Source: Lepidodermella squamata
Lineage: Eukaryota > Animalia > Gastrotricha
Assembly (NCBI GenBank): GCA_047495785.1
Contig: JBLDXI010000032.1
Span: forward strand, 124,001 to 188,000
Direction of reading: 5' to 3'
DNA length: 64,000 nucleotides
In this document: one piece after another, positions 62,401 to 64,000 of the stretch
Layout of the letters: each line of letters opens with the position of its first letter
Numbering within the stretch: the stretch's first letter is position 1
Position numbers and translations under genes: made by a program
The notes under the pieces: generated by a model
What the model saw: the letters and a program-made list of their open reading frames with translations, nothing else
The model's database searches: none
Told to the model about the DNA's origin: nothing

Positions 62401-63720
62401 ATTTCTGCATGTGATTGTCGGGTTTTTGCACGGAGCTGAGTCTGTCAAAATAATACACCGAGACATTCATTTTGCGTATAATACAGCGTGTCCCATAATA
62501 CATAACGCAAACAAAGAGAACTACCCCCACTTGCGCATTTCCCATTTGTGCATTAAATTTTGTTAAATTTTGTATCACTTGCGCATTTATTTTCAAATTA
62601 TGAGGTTGGCTCAGTTATTTAGCATATCATAGCATTTTCTTTATTTTATCTTTTCCTTCATTAATCAACAATAACATAACAAAAACAATTGAGTACGTGT
62701 ACAGAGACGAATAAAAAATGATAAAATAAAATTCACTCCGGTGTTCGCCGGTGTAAAAGTGAGGAGTAACTCCCTACAAAATTACTCCCGGAGTTCATTT
62801 TTGCTAGGAAGTATCAACTCCGAGGAGTTTTTAGCGCCTAGTGAAGGAACACTCCTACCAGGACATTATGACACGGGTCTAATAAATATAGAAATATAGA
62901 AATCGAGGTTGAAACCATGTCGTTTCAACTTAATATTCATTGCAATCCTTGAAAAGATATCATTTGTTTTCTTTAAATTATTTCAATTGGGAATTGAACA
63001 AAAGAAAACTAGGAATTCACTTAAATAAACAAAATAATATAAGTTATCAATGCCGCGAGGCGCTTTGCACCAGAATCCTTTGGGAATCCTCTACGACGCG
63101 GAGTGTGTTGTCCGCGAGCTTCGGGTTCGGCAACATCTCTGGGGCAAAGGGCTCCCGATAGTGTGGTAGAAGAGGGTGATGACACCAAAGTTGTCCTCGC
63201 ACTTGTTCGCCCGAATTTTATAAAGCTTATATGTTAGCTTTTGTGTTAGCTTCTTGCTAGCTTATCCACGTGACTTCAATCAATTCGGTTTCGGTGTATA
63301 ATGGGAAATTTAACAAGTGTGTTTAATTGGTTTAAGTTATGTTATTCCTACATGCGCATTGACATAGGAGCCATAGGGAAATTGAACTTCTCTAAGGCTG
63401 AATTTATGTTTTAAAGGGGGAATTATTATTCCGATTTTTATGCTATTTTCACAAGAGTATGCCTGTAAACCTCAAAAAGTGGCTCCAGATAGTGCGCATT
63501 TGGGAATAAGATTCCAGTCTCTAGAACCCCTCGATTCGTTTGGCTGCGCCAAACTCACTCGGGGTTCCAGATCGGGGGCTAGCCGTAGATTATTCCCTTA
63601 TTTAGCTCTTAAATTATCGTTTCAATATTTCCGGAGAGAGTGGATTTTACCGGCGGAAAAAATTGCACACGGAGTTGAAATTAACCGGAATTATTGACTC
63701 CGGAGTTAATATTTTCGAGT
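59470..63720 (+). repeat. Segmental direct duplication, copy 2
   Basis: Colinear with 41725-47350, with indels (extra 61072-61475; lacks the 46142-47018 element). Confidence 0.92.
60148..62441 (-). CDS. 3' part (EGF-CUB-kringle-like-Cys-rich exons) of a second astacin-like paralog; 5' exons presumably lie beyond the window
   Basis: Same exon structure as 42997-44959, with many synonymous differences. Confidence 0.8.
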
Positions 63721-64000
63721 GTTACACCGGGCGTGATGTAAATTTTGTTCACGCCAAGCGAGCCGAGTGTCGGATGAGGACCTGTAGCAAGCTACCTATC
63801 CTGATCGTCAACCTCAAAAACTCACCCTTAATAATCTGATATTTCAATTCCACCAAAATAACTATGCATTTTTTGTCTCCAAGTATTTCTATCATGGGCC
63901 AGGGCGTCGGCCTCCTCAAAATTTGAAATCGCTATTTTGTTCGGACGTTTTTTGATGCAATCAATCCACCTTAATTTTGGTCGCCCTCGAGGTCTACTCC

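Overview
Eukaryotic (invertebrate animal) DNA with short introns (mostly about 45-60 nt, GT-AG), so the ORF track shows only exon fragments. I assembled gene models by hand. (1) 0.8-26.4 kb: a dense tandem array of 12 divergent pentameric ligand-gated ion channel (Cys-loop) subunit genes, 2 intronless and 10 intron-rich, in about five sequence subfamilies. All have cation-type M2 motifs. The intron-rich genes I assembled lack the acetylcholine-binding aromatic box and have a shortened loop C, and all ten share a conserved post-M4 tail. This is the best candidate for an undescribed sensory or chemoreceptor channel system. (2) 26.7-36.1 kb: four co-oriented genes for secreted, low-complexity Q/G/P/Y-rich proteins that share a short 'LAF' motif. 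(3) 38.2-41.0 kb: a three-exon fringe glycosyltransferase. (4) 43-49 kb: an astacin-EGF-CUB-kringle-like gene in which all three zinc-binding histidines and the Met-turn are replaced. Its 3' part is duplicated at 59.5-63.7 kb, and copy 1 carries a nonsense change. (5) 45-59 kb: nested MITE/TIR elements and a fragmented Zator-like transposase. The species cannot be determined from the sequence alone. No database searches were run.
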